A DNA stretch of 64,000 bases from Callorhinchus milii (GCF_018977255.1 NW_024704742.1:131132001-131196000), one strand, 5' to 3'; counted from the first letter of the stretch, positions 49,100 to 62,989 are shown. Numbers and translations are program-made. The notes: a model not told the origin generated them from the sequence alone.

Positions 49100-49929
49100 G
49101 CTCAGTGTGACAGACTGTACCTGCCACTGTGCAGGTGACAGGGTATACCTGACTACTTCTGAGGGGCAGAATCACAGCGAAGGAAGCAAATAAGCTTCAC
49201 TGTCACAAGAGCGAAACAACATCCAGAAAACAAGCAATTCACAACTTTACATAAACCAATTATATTTAAAACACAGGCTAATATACAAGAGGAGCTTGAC
49301 AAGGTGTCTGGCATACAAATGAAGGATCTTGGAGCCGGTTATATATCCATTTGAGGAAGTCAGTCTGAGAGCATATGCACAGAACTGCGCAGAGTAGTAA
49401 TGAAAAAGAACACAGGGGAATCTTTAAATTCCAAGGAAGCCATAATTCTTTTTGATTTATGGTGTATCAACGGCAATGTGCAAGGGCTGGGAAATAATAC
49501 ACACAAGCGCCAATAGAAAGACTTGGTTGTCATAAAAATACGTGGTAGAAAAAAAAATGTGAACAAATTAAGAGAGATTTCTGAAATGACGTGGGTTGTA
49601 CAGAAGCTGGAGTTATACAAGTGTACAGGACTGGGAGAAGCTCCGCACAGTCAGAGGTGACGTCCTTCAGATGAGATGTTATTAATAGTAATAACAATAA
49701 AGATAATGATATTTGCATTTGATACAGCACCTTTCATGACCTGTCATGTTCATAAAGGATGTTCCAAAGCACTTCACAGGATTTACTGTAAAGTCTCATG
49801 ACCATGCATTTCACCCACAAAATATACAGTTAGTCCACTTTACAATATATTCTGTGAAGCGCTTTGAGACGTCTCAATGACATGATGAAGTGCTATGTCA
49901 AATTCAAGCATTATTATTATTTGTCAATT

Positions 49930-50275
49930 AATGCAGCAGCCACATTTTACACTGCAATGTCCCACAAATAGCCATGAAGTGAATGACTAATTGTATCTGG
50001 GGAATGGTCAGCCAGGACACCAGGGGGAAACAGAGAAACTTCCTTTTCATTTTAAGTAGAGCCATAAGATCTTTAAAGTCCACCTGAACAAGCAGGTAAG
50101 ACCTCAGTTTAACACTTTTATCCAAAGGACTGCACCTCTGACATTGTAGCCCACCCCCAGAACTGCACTTGAGTGTCAGCTTAGACCATGAGCTCAAAGT
50201 CCTGATATGGGGCTTGAACCCCTAACCTCATGACTCAGTGGCTTGAAGTGTTTATCACCTGAGACAGGCTGACGC
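49930..50275 (-). mobile_element. SINE-A
   Basis: Reverse Deu core and head ggggcttgaaccc. Confidence 0.82.
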
Positions 50276-50776
50276 CTCAACATGAAACTGAGATGGCGTG
50301 TGTTCTGCTCGTGTGATGGTTTAAGTTCATGTGACATTGTTCGACAAGGCAAGGGGTTTTCTTTTGGTATTCTGGCCAACAATCCTCCAAATTAAATCAG
50401 TAATTCACCTGATTGAGGTGGGGGAGGTAATTCACCTCATGATTGTTTGTTTGTAGGACTTTTATGTGGCACAAAATGGCTGCTGCTCCATTTGACAGTA
50501 ATTAATTGTGAAGCACTTTGAGGTGTTTCGACATGACAAGATGCTAAAAAAAAAGTCTTTTATTTTCGTCTTGTGTACTCAATAAATGTAATTTATTCAA
50601 TCATTTAATCTTAGACTTAATTTTGTTTGATATTTCTGAAACATTCTCAAATTGAAAGTTCAGCAACGCATTATCACAGTCCTCCATCACTTCAATACTT
50701 CCTTAAATCAGCCTCACCCGGGAATGGGCTTTGAAAATCAATTAAAATACTTACTTTAAGCAATAATGTTTTGAAG

Positions 50777-50990
50777 GTGTGTACATGTGTGTGTGTGAGC
50801 GTGTTTGTGTGTGAGTTTGTGTATGTGTGTGTTTGAGTGTGTGTGTTTGAACGTGTGTGTTCGTGCGTGTGTTTGAAAGTGTGTGTTTGAGAGTGTCTGT
50901 GTGTTTCAATGTATGTGTTTGAGTGTGTGCGTGTTTCAGTGTGTGTGTGTGTGTGTGTGCCTGTGTTTCACTGTGTGCGTGTGTGAGTGT
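50777..50990. repeat. Degenerate (TG)n tract with recurring GTTTGA interruptions
   Basis: Direct inspection. Confidence 0.9.
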
Positions 50991-52039
50991 TGTTATGGGA
51001 GTGGGGGGAGGGTAATTCTCATATCATTATATTCTTTGGATCTGACCAGGTGATTGTTAACATTTAAAAGCAAATTACCTACAGCCGCAGTGTATTAAAT
51101 ATGCTAAGAATTCAAGTTTCATGCAAGTCCCCTGCAAATGAGCTCTGCGATATGGAGGCAAAAAAAATCTGGTTTGAAAGCTTTTTTTTTTGCTCTGCAT
51201 TGGATTGCGGCAATAAGATAACAAATCAGATGCTACTGCATATTTATTATTACTTTGCCACGGTTCTGAAAATCTTCCTTTTGCAAATATATACCACAAT
51301 GTGGACTAACTGACTGTTCAACTTTGCCCATAAAATGCCTAACACATTCCTTTAGCCTGCTATTACTGATTAGTGTGAAAAACTCTTGTCTGTGACTATA
51401 ATAATAATATATCACATTTTATATATCGCCTTCCAGACCAGGAGGATGAATCAAAGCACTTCACAGGATATACTGTAAAGTGAAGTTTCTAAGCAAAGCT
51501 TTACAGGTTGGCTGCCAATTTGTGCATAGCAACGTCCAACACGCAACAATGAAGTGAATGATCAATTTTATTTGGGGGATTGTTGGACAGGACATTGGGA
51601 AAAACTCCCTTCCCTTTTCAAACAATGCCTCAGGATCAAACAATCTTCAGAGGTGGGAGTGCTGACAAATGAGCCAGGCCGACTGTAAAGGCACTGCACG
51701 TTTAACAATGTTTGCTTCTCAACAACATTCATAATAAATCCAACAATGTATTTGGTTGCCCTCAGTATAAAAATATTACCTTGCCATATAAACCAGATGG
51801 CACCATGCTTCAGCTCCAAATTTAACACTTGTGATGAATTCCACACATTAGAAATCAAGTGCCTGCCTGCAGCAAATTCTGTCTATTAATCTATTCTATA
51901 ATTAAAGGAAGGTCTGTGACTTTCTTAATGAGAGTTTAATTATTTACAGTGAGGCAAAGACAGTGGACTAAGCAGAATGTAAATTACTCAACTTCTTTAC
52001 AATATTTCAGGAGAATTGATTGAGAACATACAACTATGT

Positions 52040-52437
52040 GTGTCACTCTGACTCAGTTGGTAGCACTCTCACCTCTGAGTCAGAAGGTTGTGGATCTAAG
52101 ACCCAAATCGGGACTTTGAACTTACAGTGTAGGTGGTTGGTTCTCCAATGCAGGTGTGAGGAAGTGCTGTATTGTTGTAGGTGCTGTACTTTGGATGAGA
52201 CGTTAAAGTAAGGTCCCTGTCTGCCTGGATAGTAAAAGATCCCATGATACCATTTAAAAAGAGAAGCGAGTTTCTCCAGATGACTGGGCCAACAATCCCC
52301 CAAATAAGGCCATTTTTGTGTGCAAATTGGCTGCCGAATTTGCTTACAAATTCACACAGTCACTATACCATACAATAAAATTCTGTGAGATGTCTAGGTG
52401 ACTTGATAAGGTACTATATCAAGTGCGAGGAATATTA
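52040..52437 (+). mobile_element. SINE-A, near full length
   Basis: ctcagttggtagcactctcacctctgagtcagaagg head, Deu core, tail. Confidence 0.87.
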
Positions 52438-53119
52438 GTGCCCAAATGCATCAAGGCCCCACATTTACCAGGCATCTTGCTAGACATTATTGTGCTTACC
52501 CTGCAGTAATGCTATTACATTTGAAAACGTATCTGTGGAAGTGTAAAATTGTATCGTGCAATTATAGCCCCCGAAGGAGCATCAAACAAATGTTACATTA
52601 TCATTTGAATGAGAGTTAATAAAATATAAAAGTATGCCATTAAAATGCTTTTAAAATCCTATTGGTAAATGATTTATCATATGAAGGTTTCCATTAATAT
52701 TGGATCATTGGATAGAGTTAGGTAAATATGGTTTTAAACTACTTGAAATAATCACCCCCAATAAAATAACAGGTCAGACACATTTTAAGAAACCTATCTT
52801 CATTTGTAAATTTAAACTGTTAATTTTTTTTAAACAGATTTCGTCATGTTTTTTGTCCAGGTACAAGGCGGGATTTAATCAGGTTTTATTTATGTATTGT
52901 CTGAATCATCTGTTCCATTACTAAACATGAAACTTTTGCTTGTTTTCTGCGACCTAACAACTCATTTGGGCAATCTGTTCCAGTGTAAAACAAAACAAAT
53001 TAAAGATGGTTATAAGACACAGGTCTAATGCAACAAAGCCAATCATGCTCAGCATGTAAGCATTGCTGCATCAGGGGTCTAAATTCTGGGAATCAGAATA
53101 GGATTTATAAACTGCAAAT

Positions 53120-53525
53120 GATAATAATAATCCTTGCATTTAACATCTTGCCATAACAAGTTGAAATGTCTCAAAGCTCTTCCCAGCAATTACTGTGAAA
53201 TGTAGTGACTGTATATCTGCGGGCAAATTGGCAGCCAATTTTCACACCACCATATCCCACAAACAGCCATGAAGTGGATGTCCAATTTTGTCTGGGGCCG
53301 CGGGTGGGGGGAATAATTATTGACCAGGATAACTTGAGAATCTCCCTTCTCGTTCGAACAGTGCCTTGGTATCTTTTAACATGGAACTGAACAGGCAGAT
53401 TTTGGTTTAACAACTTATTAGAAGGATGGCTCTTTGATAGTGCAGCCCCCGCCCCGGTACTGCACAAGAATGTCAGCTTTGTCCATGAGCTAATGCTCCC
53501 CAGTGAGAGGCTTGAACTCACAACA
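53120..53525 (-). mobile_element. SINE-A
   Basis: Reverse tail through gggcttgaactcac. Confidence 0.8.
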
Positions 53526-54567
53526 GGCCAACTCTGTGCAACTATTCTTGGATCCCAGTCTCTGTTCTAACTTCCCTTTGAGATACACACTGTGCAGCTG
53601 ATTGCCTGCACCTTTGCATCAAATGCACAGGAAAAGCTGCAGGAAATGATGTTCTGCAAAAGTGAGTGGAGGAAGAAGCCTGGATTTAACTTAAATCTCG
53701 GTGCTGATTCCTGACATTCTGTCACTGTCCAGATGGAAAAGTCTTGAATTATTCACCAGATCACCAGCAGACAAGAACCCGATGACATAATTGACCCTGT
53801 AACCTCTTTTTTTAATATATATAAAAGATGAACAACATTCTTCTCTTTATGGAGCTTAAGGTGGAATTCAGCAGCAGTCAGAATAAATAAACTGTCAGGA
53901 TCAATTTACCTCCTGGCCATCAATGACAGAGAGTTGTCCATTGCTGTTATGAATGAAGTAATGTTGACTTTTAGAAAGTGTCAACAATACTCATGGAATC
54001 TAAATGTGAACGCCACATAGATGACAGGAGGAACCCCTTGCTCCCAGGCTAAGTGAACAAGAAATTCTCAGAGAAGACAGTGCCTGTGGGATGATGTGAA
54101 AGACTTCAAAAAAAAACTTTGCGATTTATTCCTATCAATAATTCCAGCAAGCTCGAGAAACATTCCCTTTGGAGGAAGTGTCTAACGCTTAACGGAATGC
54201 TTTTTTTTAATATCTTCTAAAGATGTGTGAAATAAACCAGGTGCATCAAAGAAGTACATGAATATCACTGTGCCAAATGATGAACTGCAGACGTAGCTTT
54301 GGGAATCAAGGGTTTAACCTCCTAATATAAAACATTATGATTACTTTGCAAGATGAATTGGTCTGTTTCCAATCTGAGGGACTGGGACTGTGGTTACTGG
54401 CTACATGAGGATAAACCAGCAGATAGACTCACCAACTGGCTGGAAAAGGACAAGTTTGAGCAGCCTTGGGGTCGAAATATAATTCTACAACTACTACTAA
54501 TCCTTACATTTGGTATTGTGCCTTTCATGCCACGACAATGTCCCAAAGCACTTTACAGAATACAATG

Positions 54568-54857
54568 ATAATAATCCTTGCATTTGATACAGCACCATAT
54601 CACATCATCAAGACATCTCAATGCGCTTCACAGGATACATTGTAAAGTGGATTTGCTGTGTATTTTGTGGGCGAAAAGCAGCAGCTAGTTGCGCACAGCA
54701 ATGTCCCCCAAACAGCCATGAAGTGAATGACCAAGTTTTTATTTGGGGGATTCTTGGCCAGGACATCGGGAGAAACTCCCTTCTCTTTTCAAGTAATGCC
54801 AATGGGATCTTTAACGTCCACCTGAACAAGCAGAAGGACCTCGGTTTAACGTCTCAC
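54568..54857 (-). mobile_element. SINE-A 3' two-thirds
   Basis: gggatctttaacgtccacctgaacaagcag. Confidence 0.88.
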
Positions 54858-54859
54858 CA

Positions 54860-55167
54860 TTTTATACCGCAAAGTGTTGTGACCATGTATTTTGTAAGGA
54901 AACGCAGCAGCCAATGTGCGCACAGCAATGCCATACAAACAGTCATGGAATGAAGTGACCAATTTATTATTATTATTATTTTTTGAAGGAAATATTACCC
55001 CCAGAAAAGCGATCAGTCAATCGACTAACAACCAAGTTCCTACTTGCTGCTAGGTAAACAGAGGCGTATGGAGTAAGGAAACTTGCCCAACATTTCGCCC
55101 TGCCGGGAATCAAACCCAGGTCTCTCGACTGCGAGCTGAGTGCTCTAACCACTGATCTACTGGACCA
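54860..55167 (-). mobile_element. SINE-B, long subfamily
   Basis: ctaggtaaacagaggcg...gagtaaggaaacttgccc; reverse tRNA head. Confidence 0.9.
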
Positions 55168-55430
55168 CACAAGTGCCTTACCATGTCATCGAGATGCCTC
55201 AAAAGGATTTTACTGTGAAGTGGAGTGACTGTGTATTTAAAGCAATTGCAAATCTCGGACTGACGATGGGAATCAATGCGCTGGTAGCGATTTTTATTAT
55301 TTTTATTTTTGGTCTATGTCTGAAATTTGCTGCCAATTGACTAAATCACCACAATCCAAAAGGCTGGCAAAGGCTGTTTTGCTTCTTGAACCTTTGATGT
55401 TCTTTTCAGACCTTTTCTCTGCCAGCAAGG

Positions 55431-55845
55431 TGTCAGCCTGGCTCACTTGGTAGCACTCTTATCTCCGAGGCACAAAATTGTGAGTTTGAGTCCCACATTG
55501 ATACCTTGAGCTCACAGTCTAAGTTGACACTCCAATACAGAGCTGGGGGAGAACTGTATTGTTGGAGACACTGTCCTTCTGGCGAGAAATGAAACCAAGG
55601 CCCTCTCTACTAAATAGTAAATTCCATCGTACTATCCAAAAAGAGAAGGGAGTTTCTCTCCGTGTGTTCTGACCAACAATCCCTCAAATAAAAAAATCGG
55701 TCATTTACTTTATGGCGGGTTTGTACATTACTGTGGCGCAAATTAGCTGCTTATTTGCCTACAACATACACAGTCATTGCACTTTACAGTAATTCCTTAG
55801 AGACAACATGATAGAGCTGTATATCGAATACAATTATTATTATTA
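55431..55845 (+). mobile_element. SINE-A, full length, decayed
   Basis: tgtcagcctggctcacttggtagc head to (TTA)n tail. Confidence 0.8.
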
Positions 55846-56165
55846 AAAAAAGCAGAAACAAAACGCTTTCTACAGTTGAGCCTTGTGGTTTGCAATTGCG
55901 CTGTTTCCAACTATAATGTAGTCTCAGCAGTGAGTGTTCAGTCTGAGCTGGGTCACAAGGCTCCTAGAGTCAGTCACTGAGAAAGGATAGCAACAATAGC
56001 TAATGTGGGTTATATACATATAGTTCTTTATGGTGAAAGTCACTATATTTCTTTTGTCCACAAAATACACAGGGTCGATTCACTTTACAATATATTCTGT
56101 GAAGCGCTTTGGGATGTCTCAACAACGTGATTAGGCGCTATATCAAATGTACAATTATTATTATT

Positions 56166-56480
56166 ACAACAACAACTTGCATTTATATAGTGCCCCTCAC
56201 ATGGGGTAGTGTCCCAGAGTACTTGACAGTGGCAGAGCATGACACTGAACTGGGGGGAGTGGCGAGGTTACCGTAGGCATGGTCGAAGAGGAAGGTCTTC
56301 AGGCGCGATCTCAAGATGGGGAAGGAAGTGGCAAAGTGGAGGGATAGAGGAAGAGTATTCAGAGTTTCAGGGTGTAGTGGCTAAAAGTGCAGCCACCAAT
56401 GGTGGAACAGAAGGCATGAGGGAAGTGCAGAAGGATGGAGCCAGTCGAGTGGAGCCAGCGGGTTGTGGGTTGGGGGGTTA
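56166..56480 (-). mobile_element. L2 3' end, tail-to-tail with a SINE tail (~56056-56165)
   Basis: Reverse-complement match to 18530-18831. Confidence 0.9.
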
Positions 56481-58231
56481 ACTTCTCATAAAAGGACAGT
56501 CAAAAATAGTAAGGCCATTACTATTTGAAAGCACAAAGTTATCTTTGTTATTTCTTTTGACGTATATCTTAAAATAAAAGTTTAGTTCTCCTCATTTTAA
56601 TTACTGCAACTGATGCCACAGGTTTATATTTATATGCCACCAATTTTTTTTTAGCTATATTTATAACCTCAATATTTCTCCTGCTCAAAACAGAATCCAA
56701 ACCAAAAAGGATTATGTGTATTTTGACACTTTCTTTCCAGTTTCCTATTAACAGCAGCTCACACCCAATGCTGAACAAATCATCTTCAGACAGTAGGTTT
56801 GGAATCTTCTCTTTAATATGTCAAGGGAATACGTTGAGAAACATTCTGACATTGGGTCAGAACAAACCTAAATCTGTTAATGTACTTTGCTCTGATGCCC
56901 TGGATATAAAATAATTTACAGAAAAAAAAATCTAGGGTAGTTCCGTTGATAACAAATAATGATTCACGGGTGCTTTGAGCTCTTGTGCAAGAAATGAATG
57001 TGTGCCCTGGTATTTCAGTCACCCACTGCACCTGTCCTTACAAGGAGTTAGGAGCTGTCCTACATGCAAACCTTTAAATCATTCATATGGATTCTAATAC
57101 TGATAATAACATCTTGAAAGTGATTGCAGGCTGGCGAGAATTCATTTGAGTACCCAAAAAATTGATTTCCCACATGTACTTTTGAGCAGAATTGAAGTTA
57201 AAGCTTTCGAGAGAGGAATAGCTTGACCTATATTTGCACAATTTACCCCTCCCTCTCCGCAGAGCAGATAAGGGTTTAAGGCTGTGTAATAAAGTGGAAT
57301 TAATTGTCAATATACCACTAAGTTGAAGAGCGGCTTATATAGACGTGCCGAGCTTTCCCGAGAGAAATGAATTTTGGTCAATGTCCCTCCATATTTTCCT
57401 TTAATAATAATCACTGTACTCTTCTGTTTTTTTGCATTTTATTATTGGACTCAGAAGTATTTCAGTGAAATAAAGCTTCTATCGAGAGCATTCACATATG
57501 CATTGTCAACCAGTGGATATGCTCGCCCCAAAACAGTACACACAATTGAATTTCATGAACCGAGACTTAAAGTCACCAAGATTTAAACAATTCAGCCGCA
57601 TTTGTTATCTTAAGTAACAATGAAGTACAGTGGAGATGCAAAGGGTACTGATAGCAGTGGTGACTCTCTACATTTGTCAATTGTGTGAGATTTAGATTGT
57701 TTGTTGGCTTCGCTGTTCATCCCTGGTAGAATCGGTGTTTAATGTTAGGTTTTAAAATCAAGGTTAAGAGAGGTCATCTTTGGCGAGCTAGCAATGGAAC
57801 AAGGAACTGCAGTCCACAGGGCTGCAAGTTCAAACCTCGTCGGCAGTGACGAGTGTTATCAGATAACTCACTAGTCAGGAGGGAACCTGTTGGTGTGTTT
57901 CCAGTGTCAGGGAGGACACAAGGCTGGGCAGGACTGGTGCACCCCATCCCTCCCCACAGAAAACACACCTCCTGTCATCCAAGCCCACGGCATTCCCTCC
58001 ACGCAGGAAGAAATCCTAAACTCAGATCATCTGTTCACCTCTACAATACACAGTCACTACACTTTACAGTAAAACCTGTGAAGCACTTTGAGATGCCCTC
58101 CTGATGTGAAAGCCGTTGTAGCAAATACAAGGATTTTTTAAATCTGCGTCTCTCAGTTGAAGTGCATAGTTTAGGGTCTCTAAGGCTGATGCACCTGTGC
58201 TGGACTGGGGGGGGACGCTGCACTGTCAGTA

Positions 58232-58563
58232 AGAGGACTCAGGTTTGATTTCCAGGCAGGGCGAAACCTTATAAAAGTTTCCTTAATTCACACGCCTCTG
58301 TTTATCTAGCAGTATGTAGGAACCCAATCGATAGTCGATTGGTGGATCGTTTTCCCGGGGGTAATAATCCCTCGCCCCAAAAATTGATCATTCAATCCAC
58401 TTCAGTTTGTGGAAACTGTTGTGCGCAGTTGGTTGCCACGTTTCTCCCACAAAATATGTAGTCAATCCACTTTACAATGCATTCTGTGAAGCGCTTTGAG
58501 ACGTCTCAATGAGGTGATAAGGCACTATATAAAATGCAAAAATTATTATTATATTATTATTAT
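58232..58563 (+). mobile_element. SINE-B, long subfamily, 5'-truncated
   Basis: ccaggcagggcgaaacc...gcctctgtttatctagcagta...tail. Confidence 0.88.
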
Positions 58564-59097
58564 CCAGTTTGCATGAGATGGGAGTCTGTGACTTTCCATT
58601 GTGTTGCAGTTTCGAATTGCAATGGGTTACACTTTTAGTTTGTTTCGGGTGGGGAATGGAATCTGATATGGCAATGATGCAGTAAGAAATCTGTGCTGCA
58701 GTCAATAAATACAAATGGACTCAAGTTATTGGAATGACTGTTGCCACATTCCGCAAGACTCTGCTCTCACAGATTAAATGTTCCTTTTGTTCTGAGAAAC
58801 AAACAGAACTCCTTTGTATTGATTGGTGAATAGCAAAGTAATATCTTGCTGGAGAACAAATGAGTTATGTTTTTGAAAACAAAATAAGCAAATAAAACGA
58901 GAGAGACTGCGATAGCTTTTTACCTAAAGGTCATCTAGGGATACAGAGCTTGTGTGCAAAATTGAAATGGAATCGAAGATTTTTGCAATTCAGGAGGAAT
59001 TGTACCCCAATACTGGCTCACTGATAAAGCAGTGCATTCTCAAAGACTTAACATTGGTGATCAAGTGATTCAGCCTTGTTTGGTATTTACTTTTAAG

Positions 59098-59385
59098 TAT
59101 CAGTATGGCTCAGTTGGTAACACTTTTGCCTCTGAGTCAGAAGACTGTGGGTTCAACTGCGGGACTTTGAAATCACAGTCTAAGACGGACACTCCAATGC
59201 AGTTCTGGGATACGCTGTGATGTTGGAGGTGCCATCCTTCGCTGAGACTTTAAACCGAGATCCCATCTGCTTGTTTAGGTTCAGGTGGACGTTATAAATC
59301 CCATGGCCCTAATCTAAAAGAGAAGGGAGTTTCTCCCTGTCCTGACCAACAAACCCCCAGATAAAATTGTTCATTCACTTCATCG
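59098..59385 (+). mobile_element. SINE-A 5' two-thirds
   Basis: ggctcagttggtaac head, Deu core. Confidence 0.85.
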
Positions 59386-60004
59386 AACCCAGGTCCTTCA
59401 ACTTACTGCTAGGTAAACAGAGGTGTGTGGAGTCAGCAGACTTGCCTAAGGTAAATGGTAAATAACTAAATAAACCGGGAGAGTTCTACTCCTGGGAGTT
59501 AGTTAGTGAGATATGCAAAGATCATATAATATTAATAATCATATAATAATATCATATAATACTAATAATCTTGTAATTGATATATTTGTATTATCATGTT
59601 ACCAAGACCTCTTAAAGCACTTCACAGGATTTTACTGTGAATTGCAGTGACTGTGTTCGTAAGCGAACACGGCAGCCAATAAGCCACAACAATGTTTCAC
59701 GAGCAGCCATGGAGTGAATGACTGATTTTTTACGTGGGGGATTGTTGGTCTGGTAGAGAGAAGTGCCTGATATGTGTCACAGTGAAGTGACATGTGCATG
59801 TGATAAATTTCAGTGAGAGGTATGCCATCGCTTTGTGTGCTGGTAGAGAAATGACTCAGTGATCTGCCAAATACTCTTGTGTGTGTCTGAAAGTGGTACA
59901 ACTTTGCAAAACATGTTAAAACCCACTGAGTAAAACCACTGTCTGCTCGTGTGTACTTTTTACACACTGAACATTGCAGGCTCTGCAAACTCACTGGTGA
60001 AGTG

Positions 60005-60244
60005 GGGAAAGATTCCATCTGCGTCTAGATTTATTCTATTTTCTTAGGGTTTCAGAGTGTCCAGAATTTGGCAAATTGTTAAAATCAGGCTTAACTTTGA
60101 AGCTGATTTTCTGTAGTTTCTTCAAAGAAACATGCAGAAATTCAGCTTCAAAACAAGGCATGCGTTTGAAAATTTGCCAACTTCAGGATGTACTAAAATG
60201 CTAAGAAACTAGAGTAAATCTGGATCCAAATGGAATTTCTATCC
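60005..60244. mobile_element. Palindromic MITE-like element
   Basis: ~110-bp imperfect inverted arms around a few-base centre near 60123. Confidence 0.75.
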
Positions 60245-60484
60245 TCTAATACAGTCAGAGAAATAGATATTCCTTCAAGTCTTCCATATAGCAAACCACA
60301 TTACTGCTCTCCAGATCTAGCTTTCAATTAAATTGATCATTTTGTTACTAATTGTGTGGTTACTATCAGATATAAAGCAAGATAATCCACTACTTTACAT
60401 CCAATATTGGTGATAATAACACAGATGAACATGTGCTCATCTCATCCAAACAACACAGGTAATGTACAGTTGAGCTCTCAGATC

Positions 60485-60752
60485 CAATACTTTAACATGC
60501 TCCAAGGCAGTAGAACAAGAGGACCTATGTTTAGAGTTGCAATTTCAGGACAGATACCAAGAGGTTTTTCTTTACTCAGAGGTAATTAACAACTGGAACA
60601 GGTTATCAGGAAGGGTAGTTGAGGCCAAGACACTGGACTCATTTGAAAAAGCAGCTTGATGCTGTGATGTGAGGATGGCAGGGTGAATTCAGGAAGGATA
60701 AGATCAGATGGCCAAAGGGCCTTTTCCATCTGAACCCATCTTGTGATCTTAT
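60485..60752 (+). mobile_element. CR1 3' end
   Basis: actggaacaggttatcaggaagggtagttgaggcc, paralogous to 28800-28975. Confidence 0.85.
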
Positions 60753-62989
60753 GAGCACAGCAGGGCTTGACGAATCATGGCTTATTTTACATTTCCTTAG
60801 CTATGATAACCATTTTTCTCAGTGTAGGTGCCACTGTATGCAAGGCTTGTCTGTGAATTTTACGAGAGATCGGGATTCTAACCACTAGTTAAATATTATC
60901 AGTATCTGAGCTTTCAGCCTAGTAAAATAATATTATGGCTCTGCTCTTTGAGTGATCACCCATATGTTCAGCTACAAATTATAGTCACCATACTTTACAG
61001 CATATCTTGCGAAGTGCTTTGAGACATCTTCCTGAAGTGAAGGGTGCTACACCAAACACAAAGATTATAATTTTATTATTATTATCATTACCGTGCTTCA
61101 TGACCTACATTGTCTCTGTAAAGCATGGAGATGTAACGCTCATCTTGTTTGTAAGGCAATGTAGAAGTAAGATGTTATGATGCTCCTCGGCTAAACTTAT
61201 ATTTAATAGGAGTTGTAGGGCTTGAGAAGAAACTCAACTAACCACACATAATTGGGCCATTGCCTTCCAAAGTGCATAAGTCAAGAAACATACAGTATTA
61301 AATTACATATACCATACATTAATTGAAAGGAAAAACATTGTTTAATATCCAAGGTATATTTAATCACATTGAAAGGATATTTCACCATTAATTCCTGACT
61401 TCTGCTTGTAAATAAATGGAATTTGCCCTTGCTGTTGGCTACATTTTATTCACCTTTTTTAATATTACCTCATGCAAAGTTTGTGTTCCTTTCTAAAATA
61501 AGCTTTGCTCACTCCGTGACCCCATTCTCAGTAGACCCCACTAGCTGCCAGTGTCCCAGTGGATGAAATTCAAGACCCACATCCTGAGATTAAAATCCCT
61601 GCAAGATTTTACATCTCCCTCACTCTGCAATGTTGTCCAGTCCTCTTCTCCAGTCCATACTCTTTGCTTGGTAAAGTTATTTAGCACGTTTTGCTCACAA
61701 ATATACAATCAATTTACTTTACAGTATATTTTGAGATGTCTTGAAGATGTGGTAAGGCACTATATCAAATGCAAGGATTATTATTATTACTAAGAGAGGG
61801 TAATATCACAGGGCTATCTGCTTTGCTGCTCGTGTTTATCCCAATTGCATTGCTGTATTACAACAAGTTGCAGTGTGCAGGAGAGGTGCACTATACATTG
61901 GTGGGAATGTTAAAGATAGCCTCAAGCATTCAGGTTGCTGCTCTGGAATATTCACTGTGCGTAAATAGACTGCCGTATTCGCCTGCAAAATACACAGTCA
62001 CTACACACTCCAGTGAAGCTGTGAAGCACCCTGAGGCACCGGGAAGACATGCTAAGGTGCTGTATCAAATGCAAGGATTATTATTATCATTAGTTTGCAT
62101 ATTTATATCTCTGCTGCACAGTTACAATAATGACACCATCAAGTCAGTATCTTGCTGGGATGGGAAAATGCAGTTAAGAAAGGGTAAAATGATGCCTTCA
62201 ATTGTGAGTACGTTAAATTGCAATGATGTTTATGATTAGAGGATCAAATAGTTTCTCACAGACCCAGGCTGCTAACAAAAAGTCGTATTTTATTAAATTC
62301 CACAGTACTGAAGGAATCTACTGTCAACGCAGATGACATGTAATGTTATTATGGTGACAATTAATGACACACTACCCTTTCTCGGGCCTTTAACAGACTG
62401 AGTTTGAGAAACAATATAAAATTAAAACCTATTATCTTCTGTCTACATTCCGCTAATTATGTTTCTTTGATTGCTTTTTCATTTGATTACATTTAGAGCT
62501 GTAACTCCAGTTCTCTCATCTCTGGCAGATGCTCAGAAGCCTCAGAATTATTGCACTGCGAATAAATTTGCTGTTTTGAATTGTGTTTCAAGAAATTGAC
62601 CTTAAAAGGCCAGAGCTGGTTATTAATAATGAGAGTAAATAACAAGGACAAAAACACTGACCTGAACTTCAAGCCGTTAAAAATTAAATTGCACAAAAAA
62701 AATATTATCTGAGACATTTGCTCAGTACTGTGAGTAACAACAGCTTTACGGTAACATCGTAAAGTATTTCATCTCCCTTTTAACTTTCAACACAAAATAC
62801 TTTTGACGCACTTTACAGTATATTCTGTGAAGCACTTTGAGATGCACCATCAGTGTGTTAAGGCTCTATATCAAATGTAAGGATTATTACTATTGTAACT
62901 TTCAGATAAATTTTTTCCCCAACTTTTTTGATGATTCACCATTTATGAAGTTTCTTTCTGACACACATGGTGCTCAGGAGTATCAGCAG

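Noticed and set aside
55878..55963. 10-bp inverted repeat gagccttgtg/cacaaggctc
   Set aside because: No convincing internal pairing or second copy; plausible by chance in 64 kb
61769..62239. 156-aa ORF
   Set aside because: Built from SINE tails (the recurring YQMQGLLL pseudo-peptide)
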